Source: Calditrichales bacterium
GTDB taxonomy: Bacteria; Calditrichota; Calditrichia; Calditrichales; J004
Length of the DNA: 64,000 nt
NCBI GenBank assembly: GCA_965267575.1
Contig: OZ254086.1
Span: forward strand, 1,344,001-1,408,000
Direction: 5' to 3'
The notes below the pieces were generated by a model. That model was not told where the DNA came from, ran no database searches, and saw only the letters and a list, made by a program, of their open reading frames with translations. Shown one piece after another: positions 30,223-40,241 of the stretch. Made by a program: the position numbers and the translations under genes. Within the stretch, counting starts at the first letter, position 1, and each line of letters starts with the position of its first letter.

Positions 30223-31644
30223 TTAGTGAACTCCAAAATAGCTCTTCTTTTTTGCCGTTTGTTCGATATCGCTTATCGACCTGGGCGCGGCTTTGGAAAG
30301 ATTGACATACCCATCCTCCGTAACCAGAATATCGTCCTCGATACGTACACCTATATTCTTGTACTTTTCAAAAACGGGACGCACTTTTTCAATAAACGTG
30401 GTAAGCTCATTGGTGTCGCTAATAAATCGCCCAAACATATGGGGCAGATTGTCCAGGGCATCAGGCGCAAAATAGAGACCGGGCTCAACCGTTAAAACCA
30501 TACCGGGTTCCAGAACCCTGCCTGTGGCCATATCCCCGGAACGGTAGCCGGAAGCGTCGTGTGTATCCAATCCCAGCCAATGCGACGTACCGTGCATAAA
30601 CCAGACGCGGGTCTGCCATGTGCTGTTCGGGCTTGTTATCAAACCCAGTTCAAACAATCCTTCGGAAAGTACGCGCTGCGCGATACGGTGGATTTCCCGG
30701 AATCCTACAGCGGGCTTAACAGCTTCGATCGCTTCGTTCTGTGCTTTTAATACCAGGTTATATATCTGCGTTTGCTCCTTGGTAAACCTTCCGTTTACGG
30801 GAATAGTACGGGTAACATCCGCGGAATACATACCGTACTCCGCGCCGATGTCCATTAACAACAGGTCACCGTCCTGCATGGTATCATTGTTATCCGAATA
30901 GTGCAAAATAGTAGCATTTGCGCCAGAGGCTACGATAGAGGGAAATCCGACACGGGGACTGCCGTTTTTGGTATAGGTGTATTCTATCAGAGCGGCGATT
31001 TCGTTTTCGGTTGCTCCGGGAGCCGCGGCCATCATGGCCTGGACCTGGGCTTCAACCGTAATGTCAATAGACTTTTGCAACATTTGTATTTCATAAGCGC
31101 TCTTGTAAAGACGCATTTCGCCAATAATCGGCGTAAGGTTCTGCATTATGTCGGGCCCGCTGAACCAGGCTCCACCCGTATTGTTAATTTCTTCAAGCAG
31201 TTCATCATCACTAAAGGGCAGATACACTTTTTCGTTTCCGCGCAGCAGCGCGGCCAGTTCGTCGGTAAAACGATCAACGGTATAAACAGTATCGGCGCCG
31301 TATTTCTCCTGGGCGCTTTGAGGAGTATGGTGCTTACCTTCCCATACGGCGTGCAGAGGATTATAAGGTTTGATAAAGAGGATAAAGCTCCGGACGTTCT
31401 CACCAGACGTGAAGACAGCAATGGCCCCCGGTTCATCAAAACCGGTTAAATAATAGAAATCGCTGTTTTGCCGGAAAGGATAATTAATATCGTTGTTGCG
31501 CACCACTTCCACACCGCCCTTAATGACCGCGACGCCGTCGATCTCGCTATAAAGCTTTTGTCTTCTTTGGGCAAACTCTTCAACCGGGAATTCCTGCGCA
31601 TAGGAAGTGCAAAAAATTAGAACAACTGCAATCCAAAATTTCAT
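30223..31644 (-). CDS. pepP: Xaa-Pro aminopeptidase (M24B) with signal peptide
   Basis: FRQNSDFYYLTG, DIGAEY..YSADVTRT, HWLGLDTHD, TVEPG and GVRIEDD motifs. Confidence 0.93.
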   Translation of the reverse strand: MKFWIAVVLIFCTSYAQEFPVEEFAQRRQKLYSEIDGVAVIKGGVEVVRNNDINYPFRQNSDFYYLTGFDEPGAIAVFTSGENVRSFILFIKPYNPLHAVWEGKHHTPQSAQEKYGADTVYTVDRFTDELAALLRGNEKVYLPFSDDELLEEINNTGGAWFSGPDIMQNLTPIIGEMRLYKSAYEIQMLQKSIDITVEAQVQAMMAAAPGATENEIAALIEYTYTKNGSPRVGFPSIVASGANATILHYSDNNDTMQDGDLLLMDIGAEYGMYSADVTRTIPVNGRFTKEQTQIYNLVLKAQNEAIEAVKPAVGFREIHRIAQRVLSEGLFELGLITSPNSTWQTRVWFMHGTSHWLGLDTHDASGYRSGDMATGRVLEPGMVLTVEPGLYFAPDALDNLPHMFGRFISDTNELTTFIEKVRPVFEKYKNIGVRIEDDILVTEDGYVNLSKAAPRSISDIEQTAKKKSYFGVH

Positions 31645-31711
31645 ATCTTGCTCCTTGAAAAACAGAGCGTATTTTAGACCATTGAGGGTTAAAACTCAAC
31701 ACGGAGGAAGA

Positions 31712-32206
31712 ATGAAAAAAAAGAAATCAGAAACGATTTCAAGTTGGGACATTGTTTTTCCAAACGATGCAAACCCGCTGGGGACGATGTTTGGCGGTAA
31801 AATGATGGCGGTTATGGATGAGATCGCCGGTATCGCTGCGGCACGCTATTGCGGCAGGCCATCCGTGACAGCCTCAACCGAGGCCATCATCTTTAAAAGT
31901 CCCGTAAAGGTAGGAGACAGGATAGAGTCCGTGGCGCGGGTGGTTTTTACCGGCAACACATCGTTGGTCGTTAAAGTTGATGTATATGCTGAAAATCCGA
32001 TTGCCAACCGTCCGCGAAAGCACTGCACCACGGCACACTTCAATATGGTGGCGCTGGATGATGACGGCCGCCCGACGCCGGTACCGGATCTGATTACCGA
32101 AACAGAACAGGAGCGGCAGGACTATGAAATTGCTGAGATCGTTAAAAAACAAGCTTTAATACGGAAACAGGAAGTACTAAAGCGTAGGGGCAATAAAGCG
32201 AGGTAG
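31712..32206 (+). CDS. Acyl-CoA thioesterase (hotdog fold, YciA-like)
   Basis: PNDANPLGTMFGG..M..MD motif; GGAGG SD before ATG 31712. Confidence 0.92.
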   Translation: MKKKKSETISSWDIVFPNDANPLGTMFGGKMMAVMDEIAGIAAARYCGRPSVTASTEAIIFKSPVKVGDRIESVARVVFTGNTSLVVKVDVYAENPIANRPRKHCTTAHFNMVALDDDGRPTPVPDLITETEQERQDYEIAEIVKKQALIRKQEVLKRRGNKAR

Positions 32207-32225
32207 CCGAAGAATGCAGGCCTTA

Positions 32226-32420
32226 TTACCGGTTAGACCTGCGGGCCTTTAACATTTTTTTGCGGGCTTCTTTTTGTTTGCGCTTCTTTTTTTCAGAAGG
32301 CTTTTCATAAAAACTTCTTTTCTTCATTTCTTTGTAAAAGCCCTCTTTTTGCATGAGCCTTTTCAAAGTCTTCAAAGCACGTTCTACATTATTGTCATGT
32401 ACTTTAATCTTCATTGGCAT
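32226..32420 (-). CDS. rpsU: 30S ribosomal protein S21
   Basis: NVERALKTLKR...FYEKPSEKKKRK. Confidence 0.95.
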   Translation of the reverse strand: MPMKIKVHDNNVERALKTLKRLMQKEGFYKEMKKRSFYEKPSEKKKRKQKEARKKMLKARRSNR

Positions 32421-32539
32421 AGGCAATCTTCCTTTCTTTGGTTTTATTTTAGAAACCTTAAATATAACAAATATTTTTCTTATGATAAAATTTATTTTAT
32501 CTTATTCTCTTTTTCCAACGACACGGTTTACTGACTTTT

Positions 32540-34204
32540 ATGCCCTTTATATTGCCCAAGCCCGATGCTTCCGTGATAAGCCTGTTCAAGGCCCTCAAAA
32601 AAGAATGGCAGGTTGAACGGCTGCTGTTATTTACCACAGACGAGAAATCCAATAAAACAGTATGCGTTTTTTCCTCGGTGGAGCTAAACAATCATAAAGC
32701 CTTTGATTATGATATTTTATCATTAACCGATGAAATCAGGGCATCAGCCGTGACGGACACAGCGCTAAAGTCTATATTCGACTATTACAAAGTGGATGTC
32801 CTGTCTCCCATTGAATTACCGGCCTCAGGAAAAATCGTTCTGGGCCTGGCCCAAAACGCATCATTTAGCACTCATTCACGGGAGCTTATTCGTTTTACCG
32901 TCCAGCAAAGCCTTAGCCGCCTCTATTTCAAGAGCATGCTGGAAGAGCAGCAGGTGATGATGAATCAGGTCATGTCGGAAGTGTCCTACATGCATGAAAT
33001 AGGGCGCGCCTTTGAAACGACCAGCAATCTTGATAACCTGCTTGAATACATTTTGGGCAAGGCGCAAAAGCTGCTGCAGGCAGAGTCATCTTCACTGATG
33101 ATGTATATTCCTGAAAGCAATGAGCTTGAATTTCGTGTTGTTTTCGGACCCAAGGCGCAAAAGGTAAAGCCGTTTAGATTGCCGGTGGGTCGCGGTATCG
33201 CCGGGTGGGTTGCGCAGAACCAGGAGCCCATTCTTATCGAAGACGCTTACAAGGATCCGCGCTTTGATCCCTCCTTCGACAAGCGCAGCGGATACAGAAC
33301 GCGAAGCATCCTGTGTGTACCGATGGTGCATAAGACAAATACGATCGGTGTAATGACCGTTCTGAACCGGTTGGACAAAAAGCCCTTTGAGAAAAAAGAC
33401 AAAGAGGCGCTAATGCTTTTTGCAACGCAGGCAGCGCTGGCAATCGAAAACGCGCGTCTTCTTATTGATGCCCTGGACAAAGAACGCCTGCACAAAGAGC
33501 TTCAGGTTGCTTCGGAAATACAAAAAAAGCTCATTCCTGATACCCTTCCTGTAATAAAGAATCTGGATATCAGCGCGGTTTATCTGCCCAGTAAAGAAGT
33601 AAGCGGCGATTACTACGATGTTATCCAGATAGATGAAAGGCGCTATGCTTTTGTAGTGGCGGACGTTGCCGGAAAGGGCATTCCCGGCGCTTTGCTGGTT
33701 TCCAATATGCAGGCCAGCCTCTATGCTTACCTGGAGGAAAACCCTGATCTTATTCACGTGGTTTCAAGGCTTAACCGGCGGCTTATTAATACCACCACAT
33801 CCGATCGTTACATCACCTTTTTTATAGGGATATACGATATGCAGGCCGGCGACTTTACCTATGTTAACGCCGGACACAACCCGCCAATGTTATTCAAAAA
33901 AAACTCCGTTGAGCTTTTAAGCACGGGCGGCATTTTTATCGGCAGCATGCAATGGCAATACCAAAAGGCAACAATTGAGCTGAGGCAGGGTGAACTGCTG
34001 CTGCTTTACACGGACGGCCTGGTGGAGGCCATGGATGAAAGCGAGGAAGAGTTTGGTGAAGAGAGACTTAAGCAGATTGTGCAAGATACCCGGGATAAAA
34101 GCAGTGCGGAGATAGAAAGTGGTATCCGGCGTGCCGTTAAGAAGCATACCGGCGGCAAGCAACTGGATGATGATTTTACGCTTATTGTAATTAAAAGAAA
34201 CTAA
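32540..34204 (+). CDS. GAF and SpoIIE/PP2C phosphatase (RsbU-like)
   Basis: GIAGWV...DPRF GAF domain; VSGDYYD, ADVAGKG, NAGHNPP, YTDGLVE and DDFT motifs. Confidence 0.93.
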   Translation: MPFILPKPDASVISLFKALKKEWQVERLLLFTTDEKSNKTVCVFSSVELNNHKAFDYDILSLTDEIRASAVTDTALKSIFDYYKVDVLSPIELPASGKIVLGLAQNASFSTHSRELIRFTVQQSLSRLYFKSMLEEQQVMMNQVMSEVSYMHEIGRAFETTSNLDNLLEYILGKAQKLLQAESSSLMMYIPESNELEFRVVFGPKAQKVKPFRLPVGRGIAGWVAQNQEPILIEDAYKDPRFDPSFDKRSGYRTRSILCVPMVHKTNTIGVMTVLNRLDKKPFEKKDKEALMLFATQAALAIENARLLIDALDKERLHKELQVASEIQKKLIPDTLPVIKNLDISAVYLPSKEVSGDYYDVIQIDERRYAFVVADVAGKGIPGALLVSNMQASLYAYLEENPDLIHVVSRLNRRLINTTTSDRYITFFIGIYDMQAGDFTYVNAGHNPPMLFKKNSVELLSTGGIFIGSMQWQYQKATIELRQGELLLLYTDGLVEAMDESEEEFGEERLKQIVQDTRDKSSAEIESGIRRAVKKHTGGKQLDDDFTLIVIKRN

Positions 34205-34233
34205 AAAGCCCCGCTCACAGGAACGGGGCTTTT
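34204..34233. terminator. Bidirectional intrinsic terminator
   Basis: AAAAGCCCCG...CGGGGCTTTT between convergent genes. Confidence 0.8.
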
Positions 34234-34247
34234 AATTAATCTTCCCT

Positions 34248-34700
34248 TTACTCTACAACCTTCATAATACCATTCATTGTTTGCCAGTGACCGGGATAGG
34301 TGCAAACATAAGGATAATCACCCGGTTCATCCGGCACTTTAAACGTGACTTCCGTTTGCTGACCGGGTTGAGCCAGACCCGTTGCGGCGATAATGGCATC
34401 ACTATCCGGCAGGTAGCCTTTATCCGGACCGGCCGTCAAAGCATCCTGACCAATAACACCAATATCTGTACCGATATCAGTAATGACTACATTATGAACC
34501 ATGGCCGGTGATGTGGCCGTGTTGTTCATGATAATTTTTACCTGGCTGCCGGCCTTAACGGTAAATTCGGTCTGCTTATACTTCATTTCATTGCCAACCG
34601 GTAAAATGGTAATAACCTCTACTGAGCTACCACCGCAGCTGACAATAAATGCGAACGATATAACAGATAAAAACAAAGCTGATATCTTTTGGCGTATCAT
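34248..34700 (-). CDS. Blue-copper lipoprotein (azurin/auracyanin-like)
   Basis: Lipobox IVSC; type-1 Cu ligands in HNVV and CTYPGHWQTM. Confidence 0.92.
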   Translation of the reverse strand: MIRQKISALFLSVISFAFIVSCGGSSVEVITILPVGNEMKYKQTEFTVKAGSQVKIIMNNTATSPAMVHNVVITDIGTDIGVIGQDALTAGPDKGYLPDSDAIIAATGLAQPGQQTEVTFKVPDEPGDYPYVCTYPGHWQTMNGIMKVVE

Positions 34701-34767
34701 ATTTCCTCCATTTTAAAATTCGCAATATGAAACAAATTACCAAAATCACATATTTCAAAATGTGAAT

Positions 34768-35613
34768 TTAAAAACGAAATGAACCGCCAATGGCAAAAGT
34801 AAAAGTCCTCGTCAGACCGTCCACATTTACTTTACGCTCCAGCGTGGCAAAAGCCGTTTTGACATACGCGCTCAAGTTTTGCTCCAAAGGATAACTGGCA
34901 ACAAATCCAATATTAACCTGCAGCGGATCGCTGTCCGCGACCGGCTCGTCAACACCGTTTGTGCGCACAAGAGATTCTTCAAGCCGCTTTATGGCCAATA
35001 CTTCGGCTGTTACGACAAATGGCTCGGCGTTAAACGAATAAGCGCCCTTAACGAATACATCATCACCACGCTTTAGGGGTTGTACATTATCGTTAAAAAC
35101 CCGCTCAACATATTGGTACCCAGCGGCAACAAGCCATTGGGAGTGGCGGTAATTCACGCCAAATAAAATATCACTTGTGCCAAGCCCCGTTTGGTACGAC
35201 ATGGGCAGGGCAGCGTCTGCGCGGGGATCACCCGTGGCGAGCTTGGAACCGATTTGTAAAGCCAGGCTGCTCTCATGCACTTTGTAAACAACCTGTTCCC
35301 AGGCGGCAATAATGTCACCGAAACCGGAAACGCTGCCCAGGGGACCGTCCTGCAACCTGAAAACCGGCGCGAAAATCAACAGGTAGCCGTTTTCTAAAAT
35401 CTTGAACCGGCCGTTAACCCGAATGGAATGATAATTGATCTCATCGTCCATACCGCTATAAGCATAGGAATACTCCAGACCAAGCTCGTTATGCAGGGCA
35501 AGAGCGCTGTCGGCGTTGCCCATGCCCAGATTGCATACACCCGCGTCTGAGCACTGTGCGGAAAGATTCGTGGCGCCGGTAAAAATTAAAAAGGCCAGAA
35601 AAAGCGTTCTCAT
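34768..35613 (-). CDS. Exported probable beta-barrel protein with N-terminal CSDAGVC motif
   Basis: Signal peptide, GFGD / KLATG / QTGLGTSD pattern and C-terminal Phe (SFRF). Confidence 0.6.
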   Translation of the reverse strand: MRTLFLAFLIFTGATNLSAQCSDAGVCNLGMGNADSALALHNELGLEYSYAYSGMDDEINYHSIRVNGRFKILENGYLLIFAPVFRLQDGPLGSVSGFGDIIAAWEQVVYKVHESSLALQIGSKLATGDPRADAALPMSYQTGLGTSDILFGVNYRHSQWLVAAGYQYVERVFNDNVQPLKRGDDVFVKGAYSFNAEPFVVTAEVLAIKRLEESLVRTNGVDEPVADSDPLQVNIGFVASYPLEQNLSAYVKTAFATLERKVNVDGLTRTFTFAIGGSFRF

Positions 35614-35625
35614 AAAAGCTCCTTG

Positions 35626-36825
35626 TTAAAAGCTGTAGATTTCAGGCTCCCGGATATCATATTTACGCCGCGTAAAAAAGTGATGTCTCTCTGTACTCAA
35701 CATGCGTCTGAAACCAAGCAGATGAAAAAAATCGACAACCAGCCAGCGCGCGATGCGTCTGTTAACCCGAAAGGTATGCGGATCATCATCCAAAGGTTTA
35801 ATACCGGGAAGCCACATCAGATAGCGATCGACATCCAGGCGGCGCAGCTTTGCGGATAACCGCAGCCAGAACATTCTTATTTCCGCGATTACAAAGAAAC
35901 CGTCGTCACCCTGTTTTTGATAAAGCGGCATAAATATGCGCCCACCCCTTGGTGCAACGATATCATTGTTTTCGCTGCGCGCCAAAAGCTGGCCGCGTCG
36001 TATCGACTGAAAATTAAAGTAACCGGGCAGCATGGTGAAATTCTCGTTCTTTCTGACCCCGTAGCGATAGCAGATCTCAAATACGCGTTTATTAAAAGCA
36101 TTACTTTGCTTCAGGCGCTTAAGGTGCTCGGCAAAAAAAGGAATACTGTCATTACTGATACATCCGGCAAAAACAAGCGCCAGCCAAATAAAGGAAATAT
36201 GATTTTCAATAGATGAAAGCGCGTCATGATGGCCGGCTTCAAAACCCATGGCCACGGGTCCCACTTCATTTATGTAGCTAAGCAACGGTCCATCGAGAAA
36301 CTCCTCGATACCCAGAATGATCGGTACAGGGAAGTGTAGTGCATACTCCCTGTTACGGATCGTATCACCGATGGTGATAAAAGGACAGCTATGTGACGAT
36401 GTAGTGTGAAGGTCGATCAGGTAGAACGGGGGCTTTGAGTTGTCAAAAATAGTCTGCAGACGGCGGTAAATTTCTATCTGTTCTAAAAAATCGGCGCCGC
36501 CGGGTTCCGGGCCGGAGCCGTTTTTCTTAATTGTTTCGATCCGCTCCGCCTGCCAAATGCGGTTTAAATCCTGGGCGATGTAACGCTGGCCCTTTTCCAG
36601 CGCCCGCAAATTACCACTCAGCGCGATAAACTCGCCACGAAAGCCAAAAACATTTTCACGGAGATAATTCAGGATATGCAGCAAAGCGAAGACGCCGCTT
36701 GGCTCATTGCCATGAATACCGGCCATAAAAATAAGCGTCGGTCCTTCTTCCTTGCCCGTAAAGCGGCCAATTTCCCTGTCAACGCGGACTTCTTTTTCAA
36801 GAGCTTTGCTTTTTACCGTAATCAT
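35626..36825 (-). CDS. Succinylglutamate desuccinylase/aspartoacylase (M14) family deacylase
   Basis: GIHGNE, DLNR, DLHT and FEAG zinc-carboxypeptidase motifs. Confidence 0.9.
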   Translation of the reverse strand: MITVKSKALEKEVRVDREIGRFTGKEEGPTLIFMAGIHGNEPSGVFALLHILNYLRENVFGFRGEFIALSGNLRALEKGQRYIAQDLNRIWQAERIETIKKNGSGPEPGGADFLEQIEIYRRLQTIFDNSKPPFYLIDLHTTSSHSCPFITIGDTIRNREYALHFPVPIILGIEEFLDGPLLSYINEVGPVAMGFEAGHHDALSSIENHISFIWLALVFAGCISNDSIPFFAEHLKRLKQSNAFNKRVFEICYRYGVRKNENFTMLPGYFNFQSIRRGQLLARSENNDIVAPRGGRIFMPLYQKQGDDGFFVIAEIRMFWLRLSAKLRRLDVDRYLMWLPGIKPLDDDPHTFRVNRRIARWLVVDFFHLLGFRRMLSTERHHFFTRRKYDIREPEIYSF

Positions 36826-36831
36826 AAATTT

Positions 36832-38751
36832 TTATGAATTTGATCCTTCCAGTTCCTCAAACAGGGCATGACAGATTTTAACGAAATCGTACTCCGTAAC
36901 GATGCCGACCAGCTTCTTGCCAACCGTAACGGGAAGGCATTTCAGGTTCTTTTTGCGCATCACGCGCAGGGCGTCGATGGTGGGTGTTTCCGGTTTAACC
37001 GTTACGGGATTGCGGATCATGACATCGGCGATCGTAAGCCGGCCTGTTTCACCGCCGAAGCTTGTGCCGTAATAATGCATCAACAGGTCGGAAGAAATCA
37101 ATCCGCGCAGCTCGCCCTTGCTATTTTCCACGGGTACATGATGAAAATTGCGCCAGTCCATGATATTGGTAACGAGGTTAACCAGGTCTTCTTCCTTAAC
37201 CGTAAACAGATCCGTGGACATAATCTGAGAAATGTATTTATATCGGTTCACCCAGCTACCCCCTTCCTTTAACTGTGCCATATTCCAGGTGTGCACCGGC
37301 TTGCCGGCACGCTGGCGGTAAAACATGGCTGCCGTACAGGCCACGAGCGCCTCATCATTGGTCACTTCTTTTTTGAGTTGTGAAAAGGAGTCCAGCAGCC
37401 ACTGCGACCCGGTTCTTTGCGAATCTACACGTTCTTCAATAATGCCCATATAGGTGTCAATATCCTTTTCATCTATTTCGGCGTTTTTTAAGCCTGTGCG
37501 TGCTATGGGTATAAGCTCCTTAATGATCAGCTCATGAGAAGGGATCATCTTTTCGTGGCCGATCCATTTGAACTGCGCCCCAAGGCCCATGCGTCCGGCC
37601 TTTACGAAATTTGTCTTGGCTTCATCAAAATCGAGCTTTTCCCAGATGTTGCCGTACTCCGCGGGCATGCCTTTCATCAGGCCAAGCCAGAATGAGGTAT
37701 TGGCAACTTCGTCCACAATGGTAGGGCCGGAAGGCAGCAAGCGGCATTCGATGCGCAGATGCGGCTTGCCATTCATGATGCCGTAACACGGACGGTTCCA
37801 TTTATAGATCGATCCGTTATGCAGCATCAGGCTGTGCAGGCGGGGTATGCGTCCTTCACTGATCATCTCCATGGAATCTTCCTCGATTGGCGAGGTAAAG
37901 ATGACGTGGTGGCGGGCAATGTCTTCCTGGAAAAGCTCAATGATAGAGTTTTGAACCCAGTTGTTGCCAAAGAGCACACGCGGGCTCTTGTCGCGGATAA
38001 CTTTTGTCGATTTGCGAATATCAATGGACTGCTGGAACAGGGCAATCCGCGTTTCCCGCCAGAGCCGTTTGCCCAAAAGCAGGGGGCTGTTGGTCAACGC
38101 CGCCAAAACAGGCCCGGAAATAGCCTGGGCCCAATTATACTTGTCAACAAACTCATCGGTGTCAATCTGGTAATGTACCTGGAAGCTGGTGTTACATGCT
38201 TCGAACAAAATATTCTGATGTTTGGTGATCAGCTCGTCCGTGCCGTTTATATGCAGCTCAAAATGACCGCCGCGGAATTCCAGTAAAAGATCACTAAGAA
38301 TTTTATAGCGCGGGTTGGGTGTAATATTGTCCATTTCCAGATCGCTTTTCTGGATGGTTGGTAGAATACCGGTAAGCAGCGGTTTGGCCTCAAATTTCTC
38401 GGCAGACTTTTCCACGCGCTCCATTGCCTTGCGCAGACCCTGTTCAAGCTGGCTGAAACAATCGCCCTTAAAAAGCAACGGATCAAGATTCATTTCCATG
38501 TTGAAACGGGCGAGTTCCGTGGTAAAATGGGGATCGTTCAAATCTTCGAGAATATTCAGGTTTACCGGCGCAGGCTTCCAGTGCTTGTTAACAAGGCATA
38601 GTTCCTGCTCGGCGCCAATACGTTCAACGCCCTTTTCAAAAAGCCCCTTTTCAAGCATAATTTCAAGCGCTTTCACGTCTTTCAGCATGTTGTAGATAAA
38701 GTCGTTTTTTTCTTCCAGGCGCTTGCTGGTTTTAACACCATATTCACCCAT
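36832..38751 (-). CDS. Glutamate-cysteine-ligase-family (GCS2) carboxylate-amine ligase with a C-terminal CBS pair
   Basis: IGAEQE, TELARFNME, TSFQVH, NSP, WNRPCY and RIECR motifs; then IMS.../GIVTEYD CBS repeats. Confidence 0.88.
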   Translation of the reverse strand: MGEYGVKTSKRLEEKNDFIYNMLKDVKALEIMLEKGLFEKGVERIGAEQELCLVNKHWKPAPVNLNILEDLNDPHFTTELARFNMEMNLDPLLFKGDCFSQLEQGLRKAMERVEKSAEKFEAKPLLTGILPTIQKSDLEMDNITPNPRYKILSDLLLEFRGGHFELHINGTDELITKHQNILFEACNTSFQVHYQIDTDEFVDKYNWAQAISGPVLAALTNSPLLLGKRLWRETRIALFQQSIDIRKSTKVIRDKSPRVLFGNNWVQNSIIELFQEDIARHHVIFTSPIEEDSMEMISEGRIPRLHSLMLHNGSIYKWNRPCYGIMNGKPHLRIECRLLPSGPTIVDEVANTSFWLGLMKGMPAEYGNIWEKLDFDEAKTNFVKAGRMGLGAQFKWIGHEKMIPSHELIIKELIPIARTGLKNAEIDEKDIDTYMGIIEERVDSQRTGSQWLLDSFSQLKKEVTNDEALVACTAAMFYRQRAGKPVHTWNMAQLKEGGSWVNRYKYISQIMSTDLFTVKEEDLVNLVTNIMDWRNFHHVPVENSKGELRGLISSDLLMHYYGTSFGGETGRLTIADVMIRNPVTVKPETPTIDALRVMRKKNLKCLPVTVGKKLVGIVTEYDFVKICHALFEELEGSNS

Positions 38752-38826
38752 AAGAAGCCCTCTGTTCGTGATACTGTGCAGGAATTTGTGCTGTAGAAAT
38801 GCGCGACCGGCTTGACCGCTCAGCTT

Positions 38827-38855
38827 AAAATAATACAGACGCTGTTAGCTGACAA
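38827..38855 (-). promoter_or_regulatory. Putative sigma70 promoter of the ligase-deacylase operon
   Basis: Minus strand TTGTCA-17 nt-TATTTT. Confidence 0.4.
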
Positions 38856-38856
38856 C

Positions 38857-39555
38857 TTATAAAACCTGGTGAATTCCAAGGATATCAAGGTCGTTGCCGT
38901 CATAGCGGACCTTGTATCGGCGACCGTGATTTTCCAGCCGGGCAACGAAAGGGGAGGCCAAAACAGGCGTGTCCTGCGGCACCCAGGTCTTTTTCTTTTT
39001 GTCTACAATTATAAACAGACCGTTTTCATCGCCTGAAGCACCAAATGCGTCATAGTCGCCGCTCCAGTGTTCGATGGACGCTTCCTGTTCAAGCTTCTCA
39101 GCCATGGCGGCAACGTCGTCACAGGGCAGCCCCAATTCAGATATTTCCTGAATATTTTTTACCGAAAATGATTGATGCGGTGAGGATGTTAAATTATGGC
39201 GGGCGATGAATTCTACAATATTTCCGGCAGGATCTTCAAAATAAACCGCGTGCGCGTTCCAGGAGGGATAGTCCATAATAATATTGCCGCTGTCATCCAC
39301 CGGCAGCACATCGATCTTTTGCTGCTTTAGCCATTCGGCGGATTCCCCTATGAGGTTTTCTGATATGTTGAAAGCGAAATGATATTGGGCCGGACCGTCA
39401 TAGGGCATCTGCTCGAAAGTAAGCCAGCTGCGGCCGGCGCAAAAGGTGGCGTGCCCGGGACCTGAGCTTTCAGCATCCAGCTTTAGTGTGTTGCGGTAAA
39501 AATCCTCCATTTTATCCAGCTCTTTGCTATAGAGCGTAATGTGCTGAAAAAACAT
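38857..39555 (-). CDS. VOC/glyoxalase family protein
   Basis: FY..TL, YHFAFNI and YFEDPAGNIVEFIAR motifs. Confidence 0.85.
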   Translation of the reverse strand: MFFQHITLYSKELDKMEDFYRNTLKLDAESSGPGHATFCAGRSWLTFEQMPYDGPAQYHFAFNISENLIGESAEWLKQQKIDVLPVDDSGNIIMDYPSWNAHAVYFEDPAGNIVEFIARHNLTSSPHQSFSVKNIQEISELGLPCDDVAAMAEKLEQEASIEHWSGDYDAFGASGDENGLFIIVDKKKKTWVPQDTPVLASPFVARLENHGRRYKVRYDGNDLDILGIHQVL

Positions 39556-39557
39556 GA

Positions 39558-40241
39558 TCAACCCTTTACGAGACGAGCGAGGCCGCTTCGGCTGACGGGT
39601 ATCTTTTCGCCGCTCTTCAAAACAGCAAGGCGGCTCTGCTCAATTTTTTCCAGATAATCCATATTTATGATATAAGAGCGGTGTACACGTTGGAACGCCT
39701 GTGATTGCAGTTCATCTTCCAGGCTGCTTAATGTTCCGTGGCGAAGATATTTCCCGTTTTCTGTAACAAAACAAACATAATCACCCTGGGCTTCAACGTA
39801 TTGAATATTATTAACAGGCACTACCATCCAGTTGTTGTTTTCCTTTATAAAAATACGACCGACATCAGGTTCCCGGCCTTCCGTACTCTGCATCTTCTGG
39901 CGCAGTTTGTCCAGGCAGCGCGCCAGTCTTTCATCGCTGACAGGCTTTAGCAGGTAATCCACCGCTTCAGCTTCAAAAGCCCGTACCGCATAGTCGTCGT
40001 AAGCTGTAATAAAAACAACGCGCATTGAATGCGGTGTCAGCTTCTGCAACAGTTCAAATCCATCCATTTCCGGCATTTGAATATCCAGAAAAAGTACGTC
40101 AACAGGTGTATTGGGGATTGTTTTTAAAGCCTGATGCGGATCGGTGGCAATACCTGTAATTTCAACATCGGGGTGTTTTTGAAGAGAGATCTTTATACTC
40201 TCGATGGCAAGTGGCTCGTCGTCAACCAGAAAGAGGTGCAT
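39558..40241 (-). CDS. LytTR-family response regulator
   Basis: DDEPLA, FLDIQMP, TAY, DYLLKP and FQRVHRSYIIN motifs. Confidence 0.96.
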   Translation of the reverse strand: MHLFLVDDEPLAIESIKISLQKHPDVEITGIATDPHQALKTIPNTPVDVLFLDIQMPEMDGFELLQKLTPHSMRVVFITAYDDYAVRAFEAEAVDYLLKPVSDERLARCLDKLRQKMQSTEGREPDVGRIFIKENNNWMVVPVNNIQYVEAQGDYVCFVTENGKYLRHGTLSSLEDELQSQAFQRVHRSYIINMDYLEKIEQSRLAVLKSGEKIPVSRSGLARLVKG

